From Oikopleura dioica (taxonomy: Eukaryota > Animalia > Chordata), in NCBI GenBank assembly GCA_907165135.1, contig OU015570.1, positions 1,364,001 through 1,428,000 of the forward strand: a stretch of DNA of 64,000 nt. The letters are read 5' to 3'. A program made the translations under genes and the position numbers. The notes under the pieces are model-generated. The model saw only the letters and a program-made list of their open reading frames with translations. It was not told the origin of the DNA and did no database searches. Every line of letters starts with the position of its first letter. Within the stretch, counting starts at the first letter, position 1. Below, piece by piece: positions 26,231-37,609 of the stretch.

Positions 26231-26833
26231 TAAGAGTGGGACTCGGCTTGGGCAAGACTAGGCAAGACTCTGGGCCAGACTCCTCAAGACTGATCTCTCC
26301 CTATCCTGAGGCCTGAGGTAGCGGGGCATGCTCGGCAGCGCCGGGGGTCTACCCGACCGCCTTGCACACTCCTCCACACTCACCCCCAGATAGTTGAGAT
26401 TGTGTTTATTTTGAAAATTTGACAGAATAATAAATAAAGAACAGTAATTTTTGTGAAAGATAAATTTAACATGACCTATCAATAATTGTTTGGAGTAGTG
26501 ATCGCGCGTCCCGAAATTCTCAGGAGTGGTCGCGAGACGCTGAGAACGAAATTATCGGAAAATGTCTCTAGAACCCCTGAGCATCCCGCGTCGCGCGATC
26601 AGAACTCAAAAACACTCCATTCGGATTTTTATCCTGCTCGCGCGAGGACCGATTTTCGAAAACACGCCAGCTCCCGCCCGATTGGTGCGTTCGCACGCAC
26701 AATCTTGAGCGGTGAGCGGCACTCATCGGTTCCTCAGCGCTAGAGCGGATATTTTTCCTGCACTCTTTGTCTCTGTCAGGATGTTGCGGAAAATTTTCAC
26801 CTATTATATTTAGACTGCATGCGATAATCGCGG

Positions 26834-27390
26834 ATGAGAGAATTAAATCCAGCGGAAGCCGATGCCTGTAGCTGGCTGCGCCAGAACTCGAAGTTCTGGG
26901 GATCGTTATGCATTAACCAGTGGCAAATCAACCCGAACACCCAGTTTTACGTCGTCGACCTGTTCTCGCGAACTAGCGGCGACGGCCCGGCGTTTGATCC
27001 CACCCAACGTGATCACGCGGGCGCAGCTCGGCTATATGCCCGTAAGAACTGGTTCCCTCTAAAACTGGAAGTCTCAGAAGACGAAATCGCAATCTGCCTG
27101 GTCTCAATCGAAATCAGGTAACATTACACACCTTCTTCCTACAGTTTAAGACCCGTTTGAGGCTTCGGATTAGCCTCGAGGGCGTTTTGGAACGTTGTTT
27201 TGATTATAAGCCTCCTCAGGTTCTAGAAAAGGTGGAAACCAGGGTTAGCTCGCAAGCCGAGCTAATCAACGGACCGACTCAGGACACCCAAACTTTCCAA
27301 AACAAAGCGAGTTCTAGAACCTCCCGCGCTAACCTCTCGACTCTAGCCTGCGAAAATCCGTTGCGTACTAAAACCAATAACGAGTTATAA
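26834..27390 (+). CDS. Spliced gene of unknown function in B
   Basis: ORF 26834-27121 joins in frame to ORF 27157-27390 through a short GTAACA...CTACAG intron (...SIEIR|FKTRLRLRISLEG...). Confidence 0.45.
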
Positions 27391-27529
27391 TGGCCGAATT
27401 ACACGTTTATTGTCACGGGAATTTAACACTTGTTGACAAAGCCACCTGACCTCGCGGTCAGGCGGCAGTAAGAGGCAGAATTATCTTTAGATGATATAGC
27501 ACTAATGGGCATAAGAACTCAGGTCAGTT

Positions 27530-27965
27530 ACGCGCGAATAGAAAAGGGGAGATCTTGCGCAATGCATCGCTCCACCTCAAGGTGCAGATTCAGGACAGCT
27601 TGTCGGATGGCTCCGAAAGGAGTTCGTCGAGGCTGGGTTCGCCACCATTCATCGGAGAGTCGATTGGCGATTCGGCGGCCCTCGCGTCGTAGCTAAAGTA
27701 GCGTTTAAATAACCTTTTATAATAAAAGAAACAAATATATAGTTTGTAGAAATTATTTTGATCATTTCGGGAAACTTACGTAAACAGCAGTGGCGCCGAA
27801 CGATCGGAAATCGTCGGGAGAAGGGGAATCCTCGAGAATCTCTCGGATGTCACTGACGAATTGTTCTGCATCTCGGCAGTAGTCGCGGATGTCTCTCAAC
27901 TCTCCGAAGGAGGCGATCTCGCCGCTCGCGACGAGCTCGTTGATCTTGTCTGCAATTCCACTCAT
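27530..27965 (-). CDS. Spliced sense-strand gene of B, divergent from the 655-aa ORF
   Basis: Exon MSGIADKINELVASGE...GATAVY followed by GTAAGT; downstream open frame LRREGRRIANRLSDEWWRTQ...; start codon ~145 bp from 28110. Confidence 0.5.
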
Positions 27966-28109
27966 GGAAAATTAAAAAAGTGTCTTTGCGATTCTTTGGG
28001 CTCCGAGGAGTGAGGCCGGCGACGGCCCACCCTCGGTTTTATACCAAATTTGTGAATCATAAGCAAAATTTCGAACCTCGCCCGCCCTGGGAGTCGGCGT
28101 TAACCTTTC

Positions 28110-30077
28110 ATGAGCTTATCACCGATACAGCGCCTTGAACGGGTCACTGGCGGCCCTAAAGAATTCCGATCGACGGAAACGCATGATTCAGCACAAAAAG
28201 CTAACGTTTCTTTTAGTACGATGGAACTGGCGACACACATAAGGAGTTGGATTACCTATGTTAGCCCGGCGAAGGCTTTGAATAAAGATATCCTTTGGTC
28301 CCTCCCTTCAAACAATGATGGAAAAGTTTTCACGACGGAAGAGCTTAGTGGTCAAGCAGAACTTGCGAAAGTTCTGTTTGACACTCAAACGGATTCAAGC
28401 CCAAAAATTTGGAATCTGAAGGTCGAGCAATTCATCGCGCATCAAAATGACGAATCCGACTCAGTTAGATCCCTAATTGCCAATTCGATCAGCCCGCTTT
28501 TTACTATTAAAAGAAGCGGCACAAGAATCGTCGCACCGCAAATAGCTTCCGAATTTCTTTCAAAAGATCAGGCCGAAGAAGTTCTTGAAGAGTGGCTTTC
28601 GTTCCAAGAGTCAGACCAGCCGGCAGGAAAAGTGAACATGAACATTCTGAGCCTCGTGAGCTCGCGAGAGCTCAACGAGGTGGCTCAGCTCATCAAAGAA
28701 AAATACGTCAACGCTAAAACGCCGGCTGCGATCTACAGGGAGCTTGCGGCTTTGCTATGGAGAAAGCTTGGCGTAGGCTTCGCTGACTTCGAAGACATCA
28801 ACGGGTTCGCGGCGGCTCTCGCGAGCCGTACCACGGACCCAATTGATCACCACAAAGGAGCAGAAAAGATCAAAGTGGAACTTAGCCTCTTCGTGGAAGA
28901 ATTCAAGCTGAAAGAAGGCTTCGAATCCTTCTGGGTTCAACTTATTCACGTCGTCCGCATCGGTACGGAATGGGCACATCAATGGGCTTCGACGTTCAAC
29001 CAAGGATCCACCCCACCAGGCATCTTCGCATGCCTCAACCTTCTCGACTGGTTTAACCCTCCCTACAGCCCTTCGGACAACTATTCAAGGGTCCCAGCTC
29101 ACGCCCAACAAATGCTCAAAGACGTCGGTGACTTTGCCTTTTGGGTAATATACGGCAACGAGCCGATCAAGTTTCTCATCCTGCCGGAAAAGATCATGAA
29201 CCCGAATCAGGTTAAATACTTGATGAGAATTGGTCGCCTAATCGCAAGAGCCATTTTTGATGCAGAAGAACTGACCTCAGCAGTCGCGAACCTCGAGGAA
29301 ACGATCAGGGCGAATAGCAGGGAAAACCTGGCCCCAGTTGTCAAAAGCTGGGACAAGTTCGTCAAGGAATTGAAGAAACAAGCTCGGGAAATTGAATCGA
29401 CAGAAAAAACGGCTTTGAGCGTCCACATCCTTCCCCAGGCCTTCAAAACTCAAAGAAAAAAGATCATCGGCTGGAATCTATACAAATTCATCGTCAGATC
29501 CTCGCGGGTCTCAACGATGGAGATGTTAGACAGATACTTTACCTGGTTCGATTCCGAAGTCGTTGCCCCAGAAGACCCGAACTGCGAAAAATACAAGTGG
29601 TTTCTCGAAATTGCGCCGAGGAGACGACTCGAAAAGAATGAACAGCTCTCAGGACCCCTTTTCGACAGAGAAAAAGCCTACAGCGACAACGATAACTGTG
29701 CCTTCGTCGGATGCGTAGCAGCCTCGGTCGGTTTTTCACTGCCAGACGGGGAAACAGCAGTTCCCGCCTGTGATTTTCACATCCTCATCACCTCTGAAGT
29801 CGCCTTCAGAGAGAGGAATCGGCTGCTGACAACGATAGTCCCGACAATAGACGGTCTCAAGGTGGAAATAGCCGGTAAAAGACTGGAGAAAGTGGTCCCT
29901 TGGGGCACTGCGAGCCCTGAAATGAGAACAAGGATGATGTTCGAAGTCGTCAACTCGTTCATCAACAGAGCGGGCCCCGGAGTCATGCCGATATACTTCG
30001 CGAGGCTGATTTCGCTGAGGATTTCTACTGGCGCAAAGTTACCATGGGACACTCGAGGAAGTGAAAAAGGGTGGTGA
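28110..30077 (+). CDS. 655-aa uninterrupted ORF of unknown family (antisense to B)
   Basis: Long stop-free ORF in a GC-richer block; N-terminal G-x-P-K-E-F-x-S...KALNKDILW resembles G-x-P-R-E-Y-x-S...KALDEILL of the element C antisense gene. Confidence 0.8.
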   Translation: MSLSPIQRLERVTGGPKEFRSTETHDSAQKANVSFSTMELATHIRSWITYVSPAKALNKDILWSLPSNNDGKVFTTEELSGQAELAKVLFDTQTDSSPKIWNLKVEQFIAHQNDESDSVRSLIANSISPLFTIKRSGTRIVAPQIASEFLSKDQAEEVLEEWLSFQESDQPAGKVNMNILSLVSSRELNEVAQLIKEKYVNAKTPAAIYRELAALLWRKLGVGFADFEDINGFAAALASRTTDPIDHHKGAEKIKVELSLFVEEFKLKEGFESFWVQLIHVVRIGTEWAHQWASTFNQGSTPPGIFACLNLLDWFNPPYSPSDNYSRVPAHAQQMLKDVGDFAFWVIYGNEPIKFLILPEKIMNPNQVKYLMRIGRLIARAIFDAEELTSAVANLEETIRANSRENLAPVVKSWDKFVKELKKQAREIESTEKTALSVHILPQAFKTQRKKIIGWNLYKFIVRSSRVSTMEMLDRYFTWFDSEVVAPEDPNCEKYKWFLEIAPRRRLEKNEQLSGPLFDREKAYSDNDNCAFVGCVAASVGFSLPDGETAVPACDFHILITSEVAFRERNRLLTTIVPTIDGLKVEIAGKRLEKVVPWGTASPEMRTRMMFEVVNSFINRAGPGVMPIYFARLISLRISTGAKLPWDTRGSEKGW

Positions 30078-30704
30078 GTGGAGAACCGCGAGGTCCTCCA
30101 CCAAGTCCACCCCGTGCCTCTTCTTCATCTTTCACAAAACAAGAGGACTTTCGAGAGTTTGGGAAGAAGACCCAGTGCTCGTTGTCAACATTGGGGACCG
30201 CTGCCACAAAATGACAACGACGGACAAGCCGACAAGAGAATACCTCGAGTCAATTGGCCTTCCTCACTACTTCAACTTGGGCGAAATCAAGACACGATTG
30301 AACCTCAAGATGCACAATATGGCAAGAAATGGAAATTACCCAGAGTTTCCGCTGCTCCACTCCATCGAACATGACTACCCCACACTGAAGATAGTCATCC
30401 TTGTCCCCCATCGTACTTGCTGATGATTAAGAAACATCTCAAGTTAGCCCAAGAACCCAGCCTTCCCGAGTCCAAAATCATCATCATCACAAACAAAGTC
30501 AAAGACAACGTGCTTCACTACTACGAGAAGCACGTGGCCGGCAAGACAACCGCTTTCCTCCACCCGCAGCTTGCTCAAGACAGCTGTTTTCCAAGCTTTC
30601 CCCAAGATGGCAGCCTGGCATGGCCTTCCATTTTCTACACGGCAATCTCGGATGATAAGAGCTCGGGTTTAAACCCGGAAAACCTTTTCGGACAAGCTCT
30701 TTGA
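30078..30704 (+). CDS. Small overlapping ORFs between the two large B ORFs
   Basis: ORFs 30061-30423, 30078-30374 and 30417-30704; probably one gene broken by frameshift or splicing. Confidence 0.4.
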
Positions 30705-30806
30705 AACCCTTCAGCACGCGGCAGGGGCTCCGAACTTGACAAAGACGAGCGAGCGGCAGACTTCGCTTCCTTTTTAATCGAGTGGAAGGCCCGCGAGGGC
30801 CTCCAC

Positions 30807-32663
30807 TTGGTCGAATTGGACAATGGAGACTTAAGTTATGCAGCCGCGCCAAAATTCGAATGGGCGCCTACGAAGGAAGAATTCTTCGTTTTAACAACGT
30901 TGACGACGTCGCCGGAAAAACGCCTGGCTCAATACGCCATGAGAATCCGTTCTCGAGAAAGAGATTTTATTTGGTTTATTGATGCCGAATCTTCGATCTC
31001 TCGAAACCTTCGAAGAGACCCACGTCTCACCGCCGAGTTGGCGACAACATGGTTTGAGAAGTGGATTCGCGAGTTCCCTTCTCGAACCACGAACCCAAGA
31101 TTTAGAGTCGATCTCGAATACTGGCTCGAGATCTTCTGTAACAGAAGTTACGCGAGCGACCCTGACAACCGCCACCAACTCCAACAAACCAGATCAGACC
31201 ATCCAAATCCTCCTGCTCTCAACCCTTACTTTCAAGTCAGAGGGGAATCCTTGCTTCACGGCAGAGAGAGAATCGCGGAATACGACTTACTCCCAGTGCC
31301 GACTCCAACCCCGTCGATAGCCTCGTCAGAAACATCGGACGCATCGAAGGTATCAGCCGCGTCGTCAACGACTTCTTCTCCACCGAGAACCCCGGGGACA
31401 GTCGTCACGCGAGTAACGACTCCCGCCCCACCAACGTGGTTCTTGGAAGCGGAACAGACTCTCGATAACAACGAGGACAGAATCGACCTTGAGAGAGAAA
31501 TTCAAGATCGAAAGAAAAGAACGGACGAGCGTCGAAGGGTTAAAAAGCCCGAAAACGTCCCTGTTCCTGAGCCTCAAAAACGAGGAAACGATGAAGGCCA
31601 GGATTCCCCAGGCACAAAAGCGCACAAGGGCGAACCGAAAAAACCCGACTCATGGTGGAGAAGAGCGGATACGAAGTTTCCAACGACAAGATCGACCGAT
31701 TCTGATTCGTCAGATGGAGGGAGACCACAGTTCCCGAAGACAATGCGAATTGTCTTCAACAGTGGGAACACCAACAATCCGCAAGAAGCTCCTCGGGGCA
31801 TCGCTAATAGGCACTCACGCCGCTACGCCGAAATTCTGCGAAACCTGTCGCTCAGACAGTTGGACAAGGATCTTCTTAAAGTGGTGGATACTTATGCATC
31901 TCACGAAATCTGGGAAGAGCTTGAAAGCGTCAACCTCGGCAACCGTCCAGCTCTGGTTCTTAAGGACCAAAAAGGCCGACCATGGATGGCGAAAAGAATG
32001 ACGACTCGAGAAGTATACTTCGATGAAGAAGCGGAGGAAGTTCTTGAGTTTGAAGCTCTTTCGAGCGAAGAGGAAACTGAAGGCCAAGATCGCCCCGCCA
32101 GGTCAGCCTTCGCAGGCGGCCTGCCGAGGGTTGAACGTCGCCAAGATGAGAAAATCAGAAAAGTCACGTCAAACACCAGAGCCCCTCAAAACAGGGATTT
32201 TAGACTCAACGAGAGGGGCCAGGGGCTGCCGATCGTAAGAAAACCAAAATCAAAGAAGCTGAGCAAGAAGAAAGGAAAGAGGGAAGCGCTAAAAAAGTTG
32301 AGAAAGAACATGGTGACGGAAAACGACCTAATTGACCGATCACAAATCAACACCCAGGCGCTTTCCGTTGCTCAGCGGGCAGCCATCAAGAAAGCAGCGT
32401 CGATCATCTCGGCAAAAACGTTCATGCCAAATAAAGCCGACGAACAAGGAGAAATTCTCTTTAAGATCCTCCTCGATATGCCAGCAGAAACTTCGCAGTT
32501 TCTAGCTGACATTGAACGGCAGTTTGGCGACATCAATGGCGCCGCCGTCAGGAACCAGATCTTCAAAGAATCACGAAGAAGAGAAGAACAGGGCTTGCCC
32601 ATCATCCTTCACTGCTTCGCGAGAGACTTCTTCCCATCATTCGACTCAGATGAGGATGAGTAA
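30807..32663 (+). CDS. 618-aa uninterrupted ORF of unknown family
   Basis: Stop-free; aromatic-rich N-terminal region, Ser/Thr/Pro linker, basic KKLSKKKGKR patch, acidic C-terminus. Confidence 0.8.
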   Translation: MVELDNGDLSYAAAPKFEWAPTKEEFFVLTTLTTSPEKRLAQYAMRIRSRERDFIWFIDAESSISRNLRRDPRLTAELATTWFEKWIREFPSRTTNPRFRVDLEYWLEIFCNRSYASDPDNRHQLQQTRSDHPNPPALNPYFQVRGESLLHGRERIAEYDLLPVPTPTPSIASSETSDASKVSAASSTTSSPPRTPGTVVTRVTTPAPPTWFLEAEQTLDNNEDRIDLEREIQDRKKRTDERRRVKKPENVPVPEPQKRGNDEGQDSPGTKAHKGEPKKPDSWWRRADTKFPTTRSTDSDSSDGGRPQFPKTMRIVFNSGNTNNPQEAPRGIANRHSRRYAEILRNLSLRQLDKDLLKVVDTYASHEIWEELESVNLGNRPALVLKDQKGRPWMAKRMTTREVYFDEEAEEVLEFEALSSEEETEGQDRPARSAFAGGLPRVERRQDEKIRKVTSNTRAPQNRDFRLNERGQGLPIVRKPKSKKLSKKKGKREALKKLRKNMVTENDLIDRSQINTQALSVAQRAAIKKAASIISAKTFMPNKADEQGEILFKILLDMPAETSQFLADIERQFGDINGAAVRNQIFKESRRREEQGLPIILHCFARDFFPSFDSDEDE

Positions 32664-33121
32664 AATTATTTATGCCATACACCCACAAATTTACTGCAAC
32701 CAAGTTACCTCTCGCAAAATACGTTTTTAAGTTCAAATTCGGCCTGTCAATGTTACTGTAACATTCCTGTTTATTGCCAAAAGCCCGCGAGGGCTTTTGG
32801 ATTACTTTCTTTATTACTCAAATTCTAAATTCCCTTCTTCCTGTACTCGACCCTCCTTGTGTCTAATCAATATGCTCGAGCGCCTCAACTCGTCGTTTCT
32901 CGACTGTCCAGTAAGTCCCAGAGATGGGCATGAACCTTCAGGAAACGACTAAGTTGTTCCGGAGCCAATAAGCTGTAAGCTCGACATAAAGTTTAGTCAC
33001 AGGGAAGTGATAGTTACAAGTGTTAAAATTAAGAACGAATAAATCATTCATGTGAAAGGAAAATTAAAAAGCAAATGAATATTTCAAACTTAACTCGCGA
33101 AACATCATCTTAAGCTTTAGA

Positions 33122-34219
33122 ATGCCACCCAAAAAGGCCGAGATCCCGTCTATCGACGACGTTCTCGCTCAATCGGCGTCGGCAACTAATTCCCCGCCGG
33201 CACCTGAACAAAAGCCAAAGGTGAACATCAAAACCAAGTCCACTAAGGCCAAGGAAATGGCAGCAGCTCTTCAAGACTCCACGACGGTCAAAAACATCTT
33301 AGACCGCTTGGACATCATCGAGAAAGAACAACTCGAAATCACGGCGGAGCTTGACCGCGAGGTCAAGCCACCCGCCGTCGATAATCAGACAGAAGATCGG
33401 CTACTCAAAATCGAGAAACAATTGCCAAGCTTGCACCGGAAGAGCAGGATCTCCTGCGTCATTGGTGAGCGCTTGTGCCCCGAGGAGTTCACGGTGGCAC
33501 TACGAGACATCGAATCGGAAACAGAACGATTCCGCAAGGAAGCCAACATCACCTTCGCCCAGGCCATTAAGGTTCAGGCTCTTTTTGGCGAAAACCTAGC
33601 TTTGGCCATCAGTAAGGAAATGGCTACTCTTTACAGGATGACCAATGTCAACTTGAAATCCAAGAGGAACGTCTACAGCGATGCCGAACTCGCCGTGATG
33701 AAGATCAACGGCCAAGGGGATGATAAGATCCTCTTGGAAGAGTTCAAGTGGCTCTCGCAGATCCTGTTTGAAATCAAAGGGGAAAACCCAGTTACATCTC
33801 TAGTCGCGTTGTCGATCAAGGATGGCTTAGCTGCCTTGGCGCAATCGGCTTACGTGATGATCATGAAGGACCTCCGAGCCTGGCTGTTGGACCCGGAGTC
33901 TTTGTCCCCACAAAAGCTTACGAAGATCGCCACCAACCTCCGAAAGGACCTCGCGGTCCTTTTCGGAAAAAAATCACAAGGGGTCCTTCGCCTGGACGAG
34001 TTCCTCAAAGTGGCAACGAACAAGGCCCATGACATCAGCAAGCAACAGGCGATGGAGCTCATCCGACAGTTTTTTCCCATGATGGACGAAATGAGCCCTC
34101 GAACCTATGTTGCTCTGGGTTTTGAAACGATCGACAAGAACATCGAAGCGGGATTGCAGAACTGGGAAGCCGCGAAAAGGAAAGAACTAAAACTTCGGAT
34201 TCACAGTTTAAACATGTAA
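33122..34219 (+). CDS. 365-aa ORF, coiled-coil/helical (ORF1/gag-like by composition only)
   Basis: ATG start, stop-free; heptad-like VKNILDRLDIIEKEQLEITAEL near the N-terminus. Confidence 0.75.
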   Translation: MPPKKAEIPSIDDVLAQSASATNSPPAPEQKPKVNIKTKSTKAKEMAAALQDSTTVKNILDRLDIIEKEQLEITAELDREVKPPAVDNQTEDRLLKIEKQLPSLHRKSRISCVIGERLCPEEFTVALRDIESETERFRKEANITFAQAIKVQALFGENLALAISKEMATLYRMTNVNLKSKRNVYSDAELAVMKINGQGDDKILLEEFKWLSQILFEIKGENPVTSLVALSIKDGLAALAQSAYVMIMKDLRAWLLDPESLSPQKLTKIATNLRKDLAVLFGKKSQGVLRLDEFLKVATNKAHDISKQQAMELIRQFFPMMDEMSPRTYVALGFETIDKNIEAGLQNWEAAKRKELKLRIHSLNM

Positions 34220-34619
34220 TTCAGCCCGGAAGGGCTAAACAGCAACCCAGTCCCTGCACCAAAACCTCAACCCTCCCAGCAACTTGAGGAAGACGAGTTT
34301 GCCGGCGGTTTCATGCAACGTGCCAAGAGACCCGGATTAATAAGTTCAATTCCAAACTCTTCTGGCGGAAGATACTTTTTCGATTTCGATTCCAAGTCGA
34401 TGACGATATCCCCAGTCGTCTTCTTCTCATTTTGATCTTTCTTCTTTTCCAAAAGGTGCTGCTTTGCTTCCTCGAGCTCCTCCGCCGTCAGTTCGAGCTC
34501 CAACTCTTCCGAAAAGTCCGATTCTGTTTCGCTAATTTTTTTCACCAACATTTTCTGCTTGAAGTAAATGTCTGGAGGTCCCTAAAGTCGACAATAAGAG
34601 CTTCTGGCTGTAAGAAATC

Positions 34620-34945
34620 TAGCTGTACCTGATTCAAACGGATTCCAACAGCTTCTAATTCAAGCGTCAACTTTGGAATTTGAATTTCAGCTTTGTGCAC
34701 TTCAACTTGTATCACAATGCAATCAGCTGTTCTAGCCACCGCGATAACTTGTTAACCACGACCTTAGATTTTATTGTGAGATCAGGAACATGATTGTTAT
34801 TAGTACCTTTTCCTGGGGCAGCTCCTTCGGTGATACCGGGCAAATCGAGAAGTTGGATATTCGCGTCTTTGTATTCGATGCAAGTCAACGTTGTGAATTC
34901 ATACGCTCCGGCTTCAGAGGTAGTCTTGATGATTCCCATTTTCAA
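34620..34945 (-). pseudogene. DRG2: DRG-family GTPase fragment (DRG2-like) with retained intron
   Basis: [13 protein letters not shown][IPGV missing][24 protein letters not shown]|[13 protein letters not shown]...LELEAVGIRLN; 44-nt GT-AG intron 34763-34806; premature TAA at 34752-34754. Confidence 0.9.
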
Positions 34946-35123
34946 TTCTTGTGCTTTCTTCTATAAAGTTGGAGCTTGTTCTTGATTGCTTCCGAGCTCT
35001 TCTTCTTCATCTCGAGCTTGATCTTGTCTTTGTTGAGCCTAAAAATATCAATATCAATCCATAAAAGTTTACGATTACAATTCAAAAAGATCTGAAGCGG
35101 GCAATTCATCTATTACAAACAAT

Positions 35124-36969
35124 GTGCTCGAAAATTTCAATTCTATCATGAAGCAAAATGGATTCGAAAGAAACCCGACCATTGAAGAATTCATGGTTGT
35201 TATGACAAATACTAAACGAAAAAATCTTTGCAATGAAAGAGCTATCGCTTCTGGAAAAGTGCCGGCTCCACATGAAGATAATTTTCAAACGCTTATGATG
35301 TTCATCCGTTCAAATGCATTGCGACAACTGACTAAACTCCAGAAAAAAAGATTGAGTGGATACGATGTTACATTCACAGATTTGGAAATCCAAAAAATGA
35401 AGGCGCAGATCTATGAGACAGCAAAATCAATCATGTACTCAAAAAGTAAAGCAAAAAAACTACTTGGAGATCAAGCTGAGTACAATACATATCTTGCTAC
35501 TGTTACAGACGATCATTACAAGAGCGATCTTCTTAAAAAATTATCTATGAGGCCAGTTATTATGAAACAAACTGTCGATCTTGAGATCTTGGAGTCCGCT
35601 TCAGCGACAACTACTGGCGCAATCGTTGAAACAGATACTGTCACTGATAAAATTCAAGGTGAAAATGATTGCGACTTACCAGATTTTTTGCGTGAAGAAG
35701 ATGAAATGGTGAATCTCACGCCCGCACCGCCGACCATCAAACATGATGAACAGATCGATGACTCGGAAATGAGACCGTTGCCGATTTCCAGACCATTGAA
35801 AAGAACAATTGATAAAATCCACGATGCTCCGGCTCCGGCAACTGGGCGAAAGAAGTCCTCTCAGCCGCGAAAAATGGTCGATCTTGAAGCTCCTGATGGT
35901 TCTAGCTCTCAGGCAGTTTCCTCCAGTAACGATTCGTCTATTTCCGATAATGGCTCCGTTGATCTTTTTGGAAACGCATTCGCCTCTCAATCTTCATGCA
36001 TCTCATATACTGTCAATGAAGACGGTAGTCTCGTTACTCAATCTTGCAATCATTCATCCAGCTCAGGCGGAGTTGAACGGCTTAAAATAACTGATAAATC
36101 AATGAAAATGGTCAAAAAAAGGCTTGGCAGTACTCATGGGAATCGACGACTTGAAAAAATAGGGAAATTTTTCGCGGTCAAAAATCTATGGGAACTTAAA
36201 AGAAGAGAACAACTGTCTCTCACAACAATTCAATGCTTTATCGAAATTTTGAATGGTCAGCTTCTCAAGGCCAAGTCAAAAAATGTTTGTCTGGATGTCG
36301 GATTCTTTGAATCGCTCAAAAACTCACCTTTGCCAGAGGAATTCGATCCGAGAAGTTTTGACGAAATATTCATCCTGATTCCTCTCTCTGCGTTCTATCT
36401 TTATCACATGACTCTTCTTCGAATTTCGATCAAGAACCGAATCATTCAAATACTTGACAGTGACATCGACAAGCTAAATGAAGATGATTGTTACAGGAAT
36501 CAGTCAGTAAACGTATAATTTAAGGGGGTAGAAAAAGCTTTTTTCCGAAAAAGACGATTTTTGAGCGGCGCTACTGAGAAGAGAATCTTATATTTTCAAA
36601 TTTTCTCTTCAGGTTTAGATAGATACATCTTAGATCTAGGAGCATCTTTCTCGAAATTTGTTTAAGTCATCAAATTTTTGAATAATCGGGCTCAGAAGCA
36701 GCTCATCTTTTTACTGATTGCTTTCAAGAAATATTGCTAAAGTTGTTCAAGAAAAACTACTTGGAAAATTTATAACTGAAGAGTTCAAACTCGAAATCAT
36801 TGCGACTCCAAAGCATCACGAAGAAGACGCCGAAGCGCATGTTTTGATGAGTCTCGCTTTTCTAGCGCTGGAGCCAGCATTTCCCTTGACAAAAGAACAT
36901 TTTGAGCCGCGAGAAAATTTGAGATACAAAATAGCGGAATCTCTCTTGAATCAAAAAATCAAACTGTAA
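35124..36969 (+). CDS. Protein with C-terminal Ulp1/SENP (C48 peptidase)-like domain, apparently catalytically altered
   Basis: IQCFIEIL...DVGFFESL...DEIFILIPL...YHMTLLRI...IQILDS, then in ORF 36718-36969 EDAEAHVLMSLAFLA...RYKIAESLL; the expected HW and DCG positions read HM and DAE. Confidence 0.65.
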
Positions 36970-37395
36970 TTTCTATTTTTATAATCACAAATTCTATTTT
37001 TATACTCACACATTCTATTCTTATATTTACAATAATATATGTCTCTCAAATAAAATAATCATCAATTGAAATTAACGCAGTTTTTTTTTTGCCTACTTGA
37101 ATGTTGTTGGTATCAGTAGCGCAGGTTTTGTGGAAATAAATTACCTCGATAAACAGACTGCAAGACATTTCGGCGAAACTCAGGAGTGGCACCGCGCTGC
37201 TTTAGTTTTCGCTGCATCCAATCTTCGCGCGCGGGTTTCAGCCTACAGTAGCATTGCTCGCTTATCGCCTGCTGCACCCAGTTGCGCTCGTCTATTGACT
37301 CGGAGTAGCTCGGAGTAGATTGAGAATAGTGTAGTCTTGGTCACTGAGAATGATGTTTCCACGATCATAGAGCTCAAAGGGAGCTTTGTTCGAGG

Positions 37396-37453
37396 CAGGG
37401 TGTCCGTGCCGCAGTGCCGTGCCGTGCCGTGCCGTAGACCTTTCCCCACCCTG
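37396..37453. mobile_element. 58-bp mini hAT-like element
   Basis: CAGGGTG...CACCCTG termini, perfect 8-bp TSD GTTCGAGG (37388-37395 and 37454-37461), internal (GTGCC)n; related end at ~19987. Confidence 0.9.
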
Positions 37454-37609
37454 GTTCGAGGCAACTCCATTACCGTAGAAGTTTGTTTCCTTGGCACTCG
37501 ATCGCGAGGCCGAAATCTGCGAGTTTGATTGCTGCGTTTGGCCGCTTTGAATCAAGAAGGAGGTTTTCAGGTTTCAAATCTATGCTTGTTTAAGATAAAA
37601 CGTCTTTTA

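Noticed and set aside
26231-26378. 150-bp repeat as snRNA, SRP RNA or spliced-leader RNA gene
   Set aside because: No match to those sequences as I know them; flanking PBS, PPT and TSD explain it as an LTR.
27150-27390. Minus-strand similarity (VRNGFSQARVERLAREVLEL) to C ORF 58234
   Set aside because: Frame has nearby stops and the plus strand gives a cleaner spliced ORF; likely chance.
28110-34219. Endogenous negative-strand RNA virus (N-P-M genes) or DIRS ORFs
   Set aside because: No gene start/stop signals, RdRp, RT or recombinase motifs recognised; left as unknown.
19986-37453. One giant hAT bounded by CAGGGTGGGGAA and TTCCCCACCCTG
   Set aside because: The right end belongs to the 58-bp element with its own TSD; outer flanks do not match.
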